Shown here one piece after another: positions 10,507 to 17,815 of a stretch of DNA of 51,289 nucleotides. The notes beneath the pieces were generated by a model. The model saw nothing but the letters and a program-made list of their open reading frames with translations. It searched no databases and was not told the origin of the DNA. A program made the translations under genes and the position numbers. The stretch is from a virus (taxonomy: Duplodnaviria; Caudoviricetes). Positions within the stretch are counted from its first letter, which is position 1, and each line of letters starts with the position of its first letter. The DNA is taken from IMG/VR virus record IMGVR_UViG_3300037692_000062, positions 1-51,289 of that record, one strand, 5' to 3'.

Positions 10507-12047
10507 CAGAAGCTCGTCTCCCCTTCAAAGCGCTCTTCGAGGACGTACGTCTCGGGGTTGAAATACAACCTACCACCAGGTCCCGTCCTTCCAGTGAACC
10601 TATTCTTGCTCACAGAGAGGAGTGTCGTATTTCTCTCGATTTCATTTTCTGAAGTCAGCTCACGGAAGAGGTCAACACGAAGATCAGCGACCTTTGACAC
10701 ATTTCTGCTGCCCCGTGTCTTACCATCGTCATTGACGTGCGAGATCATGAACAGCGAGAAGTCCAATTCTTCGACCATCATAGCCAGTCGAGTGCTGATG
10801 TAATCCAGAGCCCGACGCTCGTCCTCACCTTGCAGACCTGTTACAGCCATAGTGATATGATCAAAGAAAATGTATTTGCAATCGCAAGCACCAGCAAGAA
10901 ACCGAACAGTGCTGAGAAGAACGTCAGGATCATCACTACCAAAATGGCTATAGATGTGGACACGCTCATCACGCCCTGTAGCCACACGGAGATGCTTCTT
11001 GAGGTCTTCTTTACTAACGGCAAAATCTGGGAGATGAACAGGTTGTTTGATCTCATAGTTGACGATGCCTTTCAAAGTCCTTGCTTTGTTCTCTTCAAGA
11101 TGGATGATCCCGATGTTATCGTTTGTCTGTTTGAGGATGTGGTATTCCAAGGCCCGGAGAATCTCGGTCTTACCAATGCCTTCCATGGCGGTCAGTAGGA
11201 CGACCTCACCAGTCCTGATGCCATACGTCAACTGCTGCATCCTCTCCCAAGGATAAGGGATTGCAGGCTTCGTATTGTCATTGTCAATGATACTGTCGAA
11301 TTCAGCATAACTACCTACGATACCCTCAGGGAGGAACCGCTGGCTAGCCCACCAAGCTCGTATGAAGGCGTCTTCTTTACCAGCGGTGAGATAAGCGTTA
11401 GCGTCCTTCAAGGACTTGTCGAGCTTGACGACGTAAACCTTATTGAAGTCAAACAACCTCGCGATCTTGTCCATCGCCTCTTGACCGGGAATGTCAGCAT
11501 CAAGAGCGAGGTAAATCTTCTCGAATGAGTTGATGTAGTCGTACGCCTTCGCGCATTCACTCTTTGCACTACTCGCGGATTGGACGCCAACTACGGGATA
11601 CTTCTTCCCGTTCATTTGGAAGGCTGACATCGCGTCGAAGTAGCCTTCGGTGATCGTAATCGCCTTGGCAGAGCCAGCCGGAAATTTATCACTTCCGAAC
11701 AACGAAATACTGCCGTTGTCCTCTCCTTCTGAGACGAATGCCTTCGTATGCATATCACGAATGAGAGCCCGTCCGTTGGGCATGGGGAAGACTACAGCGG
11801 AAAGGTCCCCGTCGTTTTCAAAGCGACCCTTGACACTGTAGAAAGTCAGGACGTCTTGGTCAATACCCCGGACTTTGCCGGGAATGTTCTGAGTTGTCAT
11901 TATCACCGATGCCTTCTTGTGTGCACCATTATCAAAATACGTACCGCACTTAAAGCAGAAGCCGTGACCATCTCTAGCCACGGCGTAACTGCTATTTCCT
12001 TCCCCACACGGGCAGGGTTGATCAGTCTTGAGCCAAGCGCTCATCAT
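10506..12047 (-). CDS. T7 gp4-like DNA primase-helicase
   Basis: N-terminal Zn finger CPC...CFKC, Toprim ITEGYFDAMS and LALDAD, Walker A AMEGIGKT, DnaB motifs IFFDHI, ISHVN, RGS. Confidence 0.93.
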   Translation of the reverse strand: MMSAWLKTDQPCPCGEGNSSYAVARDGHGFCFKCGTYFDNGAHKKASVIMTTQNIPGKVRGIDQDVLTFYSVKGRFENDGDLSAVVFPMPNGRALIRDMHTKAFVSEGEDNGSISLFGSDKFPAGSAKAITITEGYFDAMSAFQMNGKKYPVVGVQSASSAKSECAKAYDYINSFEKIYLALDADIPGQEAMDKIARLFDFNKVYVVKLDKSLKDANAYLTAGKEDAFIRAWWASQRFLPEGIVGSYAEFDSIIDNDNTKPAIPYPWERMQQLTYGIRTGEVVLLTAMEGIGKTEILRALEYHILKQTNDNIGIIHLEENKARTLKGIVNYEIKQPVHLPDFAVSKEDLKKHLRVATGRDERVHIYSHFGSDDPDVLLSTVRFLAGACDCKYIFFDHITMAVTGLQGEDERRALDYISTRLAMMVEELDFSLFMISHVNDDGKTRGSRNVSKVADLRVDLFRELTSENEIERNTTLLSVSKNRFTGRTGPGGRLYFNPETYVLEERFEGETSF

Positions 12048-12394
12048 GCTGCCTTGATTTTATTCGCTCCGGATGAACGCCACAACGCAAGAAACTCTGG
12101 TGTGGCTGGCGAATTTGAAAGTACGCTCTCCGGTTTGTCGTCAATCCAGATGTCAGGCGTGCGATGCTCGGACATGGCAAAGTGCGTCATCCACCACTTC
12201 TTTGCGACACCGTCCGTGTAGTAGACATCAACCTGTTTTGCGACCTCATCAAGAAGCTCACACCGATCAAAGGCACTGTCCCTAACAGTCACGATGAAGA
12301 CCTCGACATTGAACACCCGACATAGCTCTATAAACTCGAACCAAAAAGCGGGATCAAGAGTAAACGTGTTATCAAAGTCAAGCGCTATCTTCAT
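12044..12394 (-). CDS. HAD-superfamily phosphatase-like protein
   Basis: Start reassigned to MKIALDFDNT (DxD motif); IVTVR and WIDD motifs. Confidence 0.75.
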   Translation of the reverse strand: MKIALDFDNTFTLDPAFWFEFIELCRVFNVEVFIVTVRDSAFDRCELLDEVAKQVDVYYTDGVAKKWWMTHFAMSEHRTPDIWIDDKPESVLSNSPATPEFLALWRSSGANKIKAA

Positions 12395-12695
12395 TTTCAA
12401 TCTCTTTCTGAAGGAGGGCGAGAGCCCGCCAAACCATTTTTGCTGAGTGCCGCAGTCCATCTGTGTCGAACTTACCTCTGTCAATGAAGTGTCGCATCAA
12501 CGCATCGGCCTCATCCGTGGATTTCTCCCGAGCCCAGTGTAGTGGCTCTCCGGGGTTGTGTTGATCATTCCCGGCTTTGCTGACCTCTGCGACGGCAAGA
12601 AGCGCGTCCGGGAAGTAGTCGACTACCCCAGTAGCCACTGGTCGGTTCTTCCGCTCCTTGGCGTCCGTAGGGACCTTAGCGAGGGTATTGGCCAT
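12378..12695 (-). CDS. dATP/dGTP diphosphohydrolase-like (DUF5664-type) protein
   Basis: Start reassigned to MANTLAK (TGATG overlap); YFPDALLAVAEVS...G..QH...HW...DALMRH...RHSAKMVWRALALLQ pattern. Confidence 0.7.
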   Translation of the reverse strand: MANTLAKVPTDAKERKNRPVATGVVDYFPDALLAVAEVSKAGNDQHNPGEPLHWAREKSTDEADALMRHFIDRGKFDTDGLRHSAKMVWRALALLQKEIENEDSA

Positions 12696-13186
12696 CAGCA
12701 GCTCCCGAGGTTCAAGTCTTTGCCGGTCAGAGGAATGAGACCGATGGGATAAACCGTCCTGTCGACGTCCGTCGTGCCATCGAAGCCACGCTTCTTCAGC
12801 TCGTCTTGGACGACCTTCGGGTACTTCTGGAATACCCACGTTGTCATGGCAGTATCAAAACCAAGGGGGCGGTATACACCGTGGAACCAGAATGTACCAC
12901 CATCGTCACAAATCTTATCGAGGTCTGTTTTCAATAGGACAAACGTACATGCCGAGAAACAGTCACCGTGTAGGCGGTAAGATGCCCCCTTCTCGGCTTC
13001 CTTTTCGTACCTTTCGAGGTACTCCCAGATTGAGCCACCAGGGTTGGTGAAAATAGTTTCTTTGCCCACACTATCAAAACCGTAAGCAAGAAAAAGCCCA
13101 AGCAGACTCCCTGCAACAACAGCCGAGACTAGCAAAAGCTTCGTCGGATCATAGTCACGCAACTTTGATATCAGTTTCTTAAACAA
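12695..13186 (-). CDS. Membrane-anchored ClpP/crotonase-fold-like protein
   Basis: TTG start after AGGAG; N-terminal hydrophobic helix; NPGGS, GDCFSACT and FWFH motifs. Confidence 0.55.
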   Translation of the reverse strand: MFKKLISKLRDYDPTKLLLVSAVVAGSLLGLFLAYGFDSVGKETIFTNPGGSIWEYLERYEKEAEKGASYRLHGDCFSACTFVLLKTDLDKICDDGGTFWFHGVYRPLGFDTAMTTWVFQKYPKVVQDELKKRGFDGTTDVDRTVYPIGLIPLTGKDLNLGSC

Positions 13187-13196
13187 ATGGTGTCTC

Positions 13197-13442
13197 CTAA
13201 TCTTGACTTCCGTCACGCTTCGGTTGGCGCGATCTGTTTTCTTTCTTTGACACAACGCGTGTCTTCTTGCCTAGTGGCCCCTTTCGATTAGAGCCAGCGT
13301 GATCGACTTCTTTGCCATCACCCTTCTTCACTCTACCAGCACGAGCAGCCTCCCGACGGGCCTTATTCCGTTGTGCCCTCCGCTTCTTCTGCTCTGGCTT
13401 GGCATGGTATTCTTGGTATTCTTTCTTGTAATCTCTTGCCAT
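13197..13442 (-). CDS. Small basic HNH-like protein
   Basis: RDYKKEY...RAQRNKARR...GDGKEVDH...NRS pattern common in podoviruses. Confidence 0.6.
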   Translation of the reverse strand: MARDYKKEYQEYHAKPEQKKRRAQRNKARREAARAGRVKKGDGKEVDHAGSNRKGPLGKKTRVVSKKENRSRQPKRDGSQD

Positions 13443-13443
13443 G

Positions 13444-13530
13444 TCAATTCCCTATTCTAATTAAAATGAACGGGACTAGGATTACGATGATGACAACTGT
13501 GGAATACCACAGGGGATGGTGCTTACGCAT
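13444..13530 (-). CDS. 28-aa membrane micropeptide (not in ORF track)
   Basis: MRKHHPLWYSTVVIIVILVPFILIRIGN; fills the gap between neighbours. Confidence 0.5.
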   Translation of the reverse strand: MRKHHPLWYSTVVIIVILVPFILIRIGN

Positions 13531-13705
13531 TATCCCATCGATCCCAGTCCCGTACAGTTACCTCAGTAGGCTCGGGCTTCTTCCCCTCGATCCTTCGAGG
13601 TTTAGGGCCGTTAACTCTGAGGTCTTTGAACACACGGTTTCGTTGTCGCTTTGCACGAACTTTTTCTTTATAGTCTTGTCGGTCCTGTGCCCAAATTCTA
13701 GTCAT
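13523..13705 (-). CDS. Small basic hypothetical protein
   Basis: Abuts the upstream stop; GGAG RBS. Confidence 0.55.
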   Translation of the reverse strand: MTRIWAQDRQDYKEKVRAKRQRNRVFKDLRVNGPKPRRIEGKKPEPTEVTVRDWDRWDNA

Positions 13706-13858
13706 TCATAACTCCGGGTATTTAATCATACCTTCTTGGATGAGGAAAGCGAGGACTTCAAGCTCGGTGAGATTGTTCATTTCTAGGATGTCGAGAAAGT
13801 CGATGTCCTCCAGAAGCTGCTCAGCCATGTCCTCATACCTGTCGGTGTCGCCAAACAT
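13706..13858 (-). CDS. 50-aa acidic protein (not in ORF track)
   Basis: MFGDTDRYEDMAEQLLEDIDFLDILEMNNLTELEVLAFLIQEGMIKYPEL; TGATG overlap upstream. Confidence 0.6.
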   Translation of the reverse strand: MFGDTDRYEDMAEQLLEDIDFLDILEMNNLTELEVLAFLIQEGMIKYPEL

Positions 13859-14625
13859 CATTCACCACCATATTCTTTCTTGAGGCGAGCGAGAGACACC
13901 CACTCAAGATCATAGTCCCCGTTCTCGACGTTCTTCTTGATAACAACGCCACGGTTCCACATCTTACAGATTTCATGACCGGCCCAATCTGCGTCGTAAT
14001 CCATGTATACACCAGAGATCAATCCGTGCATACGCTTGCCCAGCATATCGGTCCTAGTGCAATAATCAAGGACATGAAGGTGACCTACGGTGACAGACTG
14101 GAACTGTTTTGTCAGGAGGGAGTACGCGGGGTGTTCTCCGGAAATTGGCCGTCCCATAACACCTGAGATTGCATAGTGGGCATAGATGATCCCGTCAATC
14201 TCAATACTACCAGGCGTACCGCCGGTATACCGTACGATGTCTTGGTAATTACGATCCAAATCGAAGTCATTGAAGGACACGGCCCCATCAAATTCCGGTG
14301 AATATTCAAGCATACGCCTTTGCCGTTCTTCGTGGTTCCCTTCGATAAAGACAGCCCGAGGACGCCGTTTCTTAGCCCTACGAATAGGCCCCCACATCCG
14401 CTCATCAAAATCAAGCCCAGCAGCGATGTCTTTCTTATAGTTCCTTCCATGAAACGACGCCTTTCCTTTGTCGTAGCCGGACAGAGATGGCATATCGAAC
14501 ATATCGCCCATGTTAATAACGACATCAGGGCGAATGTCTAGAATGAGCTTACCGAGGTAATCCGCACGTTCATTGGAATGGTCGGGATGCGCGTGGGGAT
14601 CAGGAATAATGAGATGGGTTGTCAT
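13858..14625 (-). CDS. Calcineurin-like metallophosphoesterase
   Basis: IPDPH, MGDMFD, EGNHE, AHY, VGHLH motifs; start at MTTHL (TAATG overlap). Confidence 0.85.
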   Translation of the reverse strand: MTTHLIIPDPHAHPDHSNERADYLGKLILDIRPDVVINMGDMFDMPSLSGYDKGKASFHGRNYKKDIAAGLDFDERMWGPIRRAKKRRPRAVFIEGNHEERQRRMLEYSPEFDGAVSFNDFDLDRNYQDIVRYTGGTPGSIEIDGIIYAHYAISGVMGRPISGEHPAYSLLTKQFQSVTVGHLHVLDYCTRTDMLGKRMHGLISGVYMDYDADWAGHEICKMWNRGVVIKKNVENGDYDLEWVSLARLKKEYGGE

Positions 14626-14786
14626 TAGTGCGCCTCCTGAACCCAAATAGAGCAGTACCGAACACAATGCGTTAAAAGAGTGTCTTCTGCAAAATACGTG
14701 GCTTCTTCAATATCAGCGGCGTACGGAACCAGCCCTTCATAAACAACATGAAGCTGCTCGTCTGTGGCAATAAAGTGATATTTCAT
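14625..14786 (-). CDS. 53-aa hypothetical protein (not in ORF track)
   Basis: MKYHFIATDEQLH...VQEAH; overlapped at both ends (ATGA, TAATG). Confidence 0.55.
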   Translation of the reverse strand: MKYHFIATDEQLHVVYEGLVPYAADIEEATYFAEDTLLTHCVRYCSIWVQEAH

Positions 14787-15109
14787 GTCCGCTTCCTTTT
14801 CTTGTTTTTCTTGGGCGGGACGAACCAGCCAGTATGCGAATTTAGTAAGTACGTACCTGCACGCCGCAAGAGTAGGCCGTCAGTGTGCCGTCCGATAACG
14901 AACTTATTGCAATAAGTACAGAGAAGTCCTCTGATTTCCCCCGTCTTGTGATCATGATCGACTGCAAGTCGCACGGAGAAAGACGACTCATGTCGTCCAC
15001 AAACTTTGCAACAGTATTTCTGACGTCTACGTAATTGGTCATACTGTTCAAGCGTAATGCCGTATCTTCGTCGGTAGTATGCATCGCGTTTTTTGTCATC
15101 TGGTGTCAT
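14783..15109 (-). CDS. Recombination endonuclease VII-like nuclease
   Basis: RYGITLEQY..., CKVC, LAVDHDHKTGEIRGLLCTYCN; start at MTPDD. Confidence 0.88.
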   Translation of the reverse strand: MTPDDKKRDAYYRRRYGITLEQYDQLRRRQKYCCKVCGRHESSFSVRLAVDHDHKTGEIRGLLCTYCNKFVIGRHTDGLLLRRAGTYLLNSHTGWFVPPKKNKKRKRT

Positions 15110-15171
15110 GCGAACAACAGGAGAACGATAACAGCAATCAGAACAATCCAAAGAAAATCATCATCTTTCAT
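15106..15171 (-). CDS. 21-aa membrane micropeptide (not in ORF track)
   Basis: MKDDDFLWIVLIAVIVLLLFA; TGATG and ATGA overlaps at its two ends. Confidence 0.55.
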   Translation of the reverse strand: MKDDDFLWIVLIAVIVLLLFA

Positions 15172-15659
15172 CACCGGACCCTCAACTCTTCGATATTTAC
15201 AGGAGTGTAGTCGATTAGTTCGACACACACACTCCGGTAAGGCCCTTCTGGAGAGCCTTGGTCATGCGTATGCCCGTGGATGTTGACACAATCCGTGAAA
15301 ATGCTCTCTCGACGAAGCGGGACGTGGCTTAGATGAAGGCCAAATTCCTTAAAGTGCCGCCAGAGATAAATCTTCTTAAAGTGCTTCAGCAGGATTTGAT
15401 CGGCACCATTGTCGTGATTGCCGAGGATCAGCCTCTTCTGCCCATTCAATGAGGAAAGGACATTGTCGATGTAACCGTTACTTGCCTTCATGTAGACATC
15501 ACCGAGATGGTAGACTTTGTCGCCCGGCTTTACAACGGAGTTCCACTTACTCACCATATCCCAGTCCATCTCTGTAGTAGAGGTATACGGGCGATCACAG
15601 TACTTGATGATGTTTCCGTGGTTAAAGTGGGTATCCGAAATCACCCAGATGTCAGTCAT
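15171..15659 (-). CDS. Metallophosphoesterase
   Basis: SDTHFNH, HLGD, GNHD, SHVP, HGHTH motifs. Confidence 0.88.
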   Translation of the reverse strand: MTDIWVISDTHFNHGNIIKYCDRPYTSTTEMDWDMVSKWNSVVKPGDKVYHLGDVYMKASNGYIDNVLSSLNGQKRLILGNHDNGADQILLKHFKKIYLWRHFKEFGLHLSHVPLRRESIFTDCVNIHGHTHDQGSPEGPYRSVCVELIDYTPVNIEELRVR

Positions 15660-16512
15660 CTTTTACCTCATAGACGTTAGGTTCACGCGTGACTTCTGTC
15701 AGGTAGACAGGACCGGTACTGTACAGAAAAGTCCTCAGACCCGGCCAGCACGAGTGTTTGAACTGGCAGTAGCTACAATTGATACCGAGCTTCCGATTAC
15801 CAGACTTACCGAAGTCCTCGTCTTGGTAGCCACGAGATGGCATCTTCGTCCGAACCAGCATCTCAGTCTTGGCTTGCACGATAGCTGGATAGTCAAAACC
15901 AGCCTTCGTGTGGAAGTCTAGAGTGAGCTTGCCATGTGTCTTGTCCCCAACGAGAAAAGCTGCGAAATCCTTCCTCCTTACCAGCGGGTCATCCTTAGAC
16001 CCTTCGAGATAGAAATTAATCTGAGGAATGTAGCCGAATGCATCGACGTCTGGTGTCAGGTGGCTGGCGAACTTGTCGAATGAGTACGGTGCGGCAGACT
16101 TGGCATCTACGAGCACGCCATCGATTACACCGTCTCTGTGACCAGTTACACCAGCCACCGTGATCTCGTCTTGCTGCCCGGTGACTGAATGCCCGGACAG
16201 CTCGGCGAGAAATAGCAGCACAGCTTCCCACAGATCGCCGATCAGAAACTTCAGGTACGTTGGCCCATCCAACGGCTCACCAGCTTCTGGTCGGTTGACC
16301 GAGAACCAAAGCTTACGGTCGCATTTCTCCCCGATATTACTCGGACGGAGATATGTCCCTACTTTTCTCCCGTCTGGAGATAGCTTTTCTGCCACCACCT
16401 TGGCCACAGAGGCCCCGAAGGCAGTCGCCTGCGCTTCGGTAACCTCTGAACCACTCTTCATGACAGCATAGATGTCTTCGACTAGTGTCGAGATATCTTT
16501 GTCAGAAGGCAT
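15652..16512 (-). CDS. PD-(D/E)xK Cas4-like exonuclease
   Basis: RPSNIGEKCDRKLW, GHRDG...VDAKS, QINFY, C-terminal CSYCQFKHSC. Confidence 0.82.
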   Translation of the reverse strand: MPSDKDISTLVEDIYAVMKSGSEVTEAQATAFGASVAKVVAEKLSPDGRKVGTYLRPSNIGEKCDRKLWFSVNRPEAGEPLDGPTYLKFLIGDLWEAVLLFLAELSGHSVTGQQDEITVAGVTGHRDGVIDGVLVDAKSAAPYSFDKFASHLTPDVDAFGYIPQINFYLEGSKDDPLVRRKDFAAFLVGDKTHGKLTLDFHTKAGFDYPAIVQAKTEMLVRTKMPSRGYQDEDFGKSGNRKLGINCSYCQFKHSCWPGLRTFLYSTGPVYLTEVTREPNVYEVKDD

Positions 16513-16954
16513 ATTCTCCCTCACCTTCCATTGGTTCGTACTCGATAAGACTCGTCACGGCGACGGCGAGGAGTTCGTGGCCCTTGCCCTTGTCAGTATC
16601 GTAGACCCGGATTTTACAAATGCCAGTTGATCCGTTACCGATCTTACGATCACCCAAGTCGACGAAGATAGGCTCACCAGCGTCATCGACACCGTCCTGA
16701 ATCTTCAGAGCAGGGGGGCCGAGGTCCTTCTTGGAGCCGTTGTAAATCTTGTCCTGAGCACGACGAAGCTTAATAAACTCACCTTCACCATCCTTTGCAG
16801 GGCGAATTTTCAGGCCCAAGCCCGAGAGCTTGAATTTCTGCATCGACTCATCGTCGAGAAAGAGATCGAGGGTGTAGTTACCGTACTTCGGGTCCGGCTT
16901 ATCAACCTTGGCCCAGTAGATTACACCTGAAAGGTATAGTACAGAATTTGCCAT
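16502..16954 (-). CDS. Single-stranded DNA-binding protein (T7 gp2.5-like)
   Basis: YWAKV..PD, IGNGS motif, acidic tail ending in Phe. Confidence 0.78.
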   Translation of the reverse strand: MANSVLYLSGVIYWAKVDKPDPKYGNYTLDLFLDDESMQKFKLSGLGLKIRPAKDGEGEFIKLRRAQDKIYNGSKKDLGPPALKIQDGVDDAGEPIFVDLGDRKIGNGSTGICKIRVYDTDKGKGHELLAVAVTSLIEYEPMEGEGEYAF

Positions 16955-16990
16955 TTCTTGTCGTTTCCTTTGACTACTGTCGCGAGACAG

Positions 16991-17263
16991 TTACTGAATA
17001 GTCGGAACTTCTTGTTCTTCATTGTCCATGCGAAGGTAGTTCGCAACAGCGATGAGTTCTTCTTCGGTCGCAGGGCGAACTTCGGTGATTTCAAAACCCT
17101 CTTCACCGTAGACCTCTGTCAGGTCGTGGGCAAGGCGAGAGCGTAGTGCGGCCTCATCCATGTCTGAGTTTACAATCCCGCCGGCTTTAAATGTGAAAGC
17201 AAAAAAATACGGGATAACTGTGGTTTCAGGTTCAATGTCAGGTGCAGTCTTTTCGTCTGTCAT
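16991..17263 (-). CDS. Acidic hypothetical protein
   Basis: AAGGA RBS; same strand as neighbours. Confidence 0.6.
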   Translation of the reverse strand: MTDEKTAPDIEPETTVIPYFFAFTFKAGGIVNSDMDEAALRSRLAHDLTEVYGEEGFEITEVRPATEEELIAVANYLRMDNEEQEVPTIQ

Positions 17264-17266
17264 TTT

Positions 17267-17710
17267 TCATTCCTTCTTTTGGGAACGTTCATGCTCTACC
17301 ATATACCGATAAATCTTAAATATCTCTACTTTAGTGGCATCGCTCTTAATTCGATTTGCCCTTTGGCTGATTACATTTACATTACCCTTTACGTATCCAA
17401 GCTCTGGTTTGACTCTATCGATGCTTGGAAAATGATCACGATCACGTCCATCAAGAGGGACGCCGAGGACAGGGCACACAGTGGGGTAGGTGATATCGCG
17501 AGTTGTTATACTAAAAGGAAGTCCCTTCTTCTTTGCGCGATAACGGCAGCGGGAAATTAGATGCCTTTTTATGTCCTCCCTTGTTTTGCTATACGGACTG
17601 GATTTGGCAAAAGAAGTCATAGCCTTGTGGCTATATTTTAGACTTTCGAGTTTCCTGAACGCCTCAGCCAAATTAAGATCGTCGTCATAGGCGTACCTAG
17701 AAATTTTCAT
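17267..17710 (-). CDS. Free-standing HNH-type (putative homing) endonuclease
   Basis: CPVLG...PSIDRVKPELGYVKGNVNVISQRANRIK; visibly AT-richer than flanks; start uncertain. Confidence 0.75.
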   Translation of the reverse strand: MKISRYAYDDDLNLAEAFRKLESLKYSHKAMTSFAKSSPYSKTREDIKRHLISRCRYRAKKKGLPFSITTRDITYPTVCPVLGVPLDGRDRDHFPSIDRVKPELGYVKGNVNVISQRANRIKSDATKVEIFKIYRYMVEHERSQKKE

Positions 17711-17748
17711 TGGCACTGTTGGCTCGCCTTTCAAACTCCTATATAAAT

Positions 17749-17777
17749 AGAATATCATAAAAATGACGGCCCGTCAA
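17749..17777 (-). promoter_or_regulatory. Sigma70-type promoter
   Basis: TTGACG-17bp-TATTCT with extended -10 TG, upstream of the HNH/SSB genes. Confidence 0.65.
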
Positions 17778-17815
17778 GGGGTAGTATCGCCAACCACTAG
17801 GTGGATCATACAGCA

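Noticed and set aside
12378-12695. Z-genome (2-aminoadenine) pathway
   Set aside because: No purZ or HD-domain dATPase is recognisable; a diphosphohydrolase alone is not sufficient evidence.
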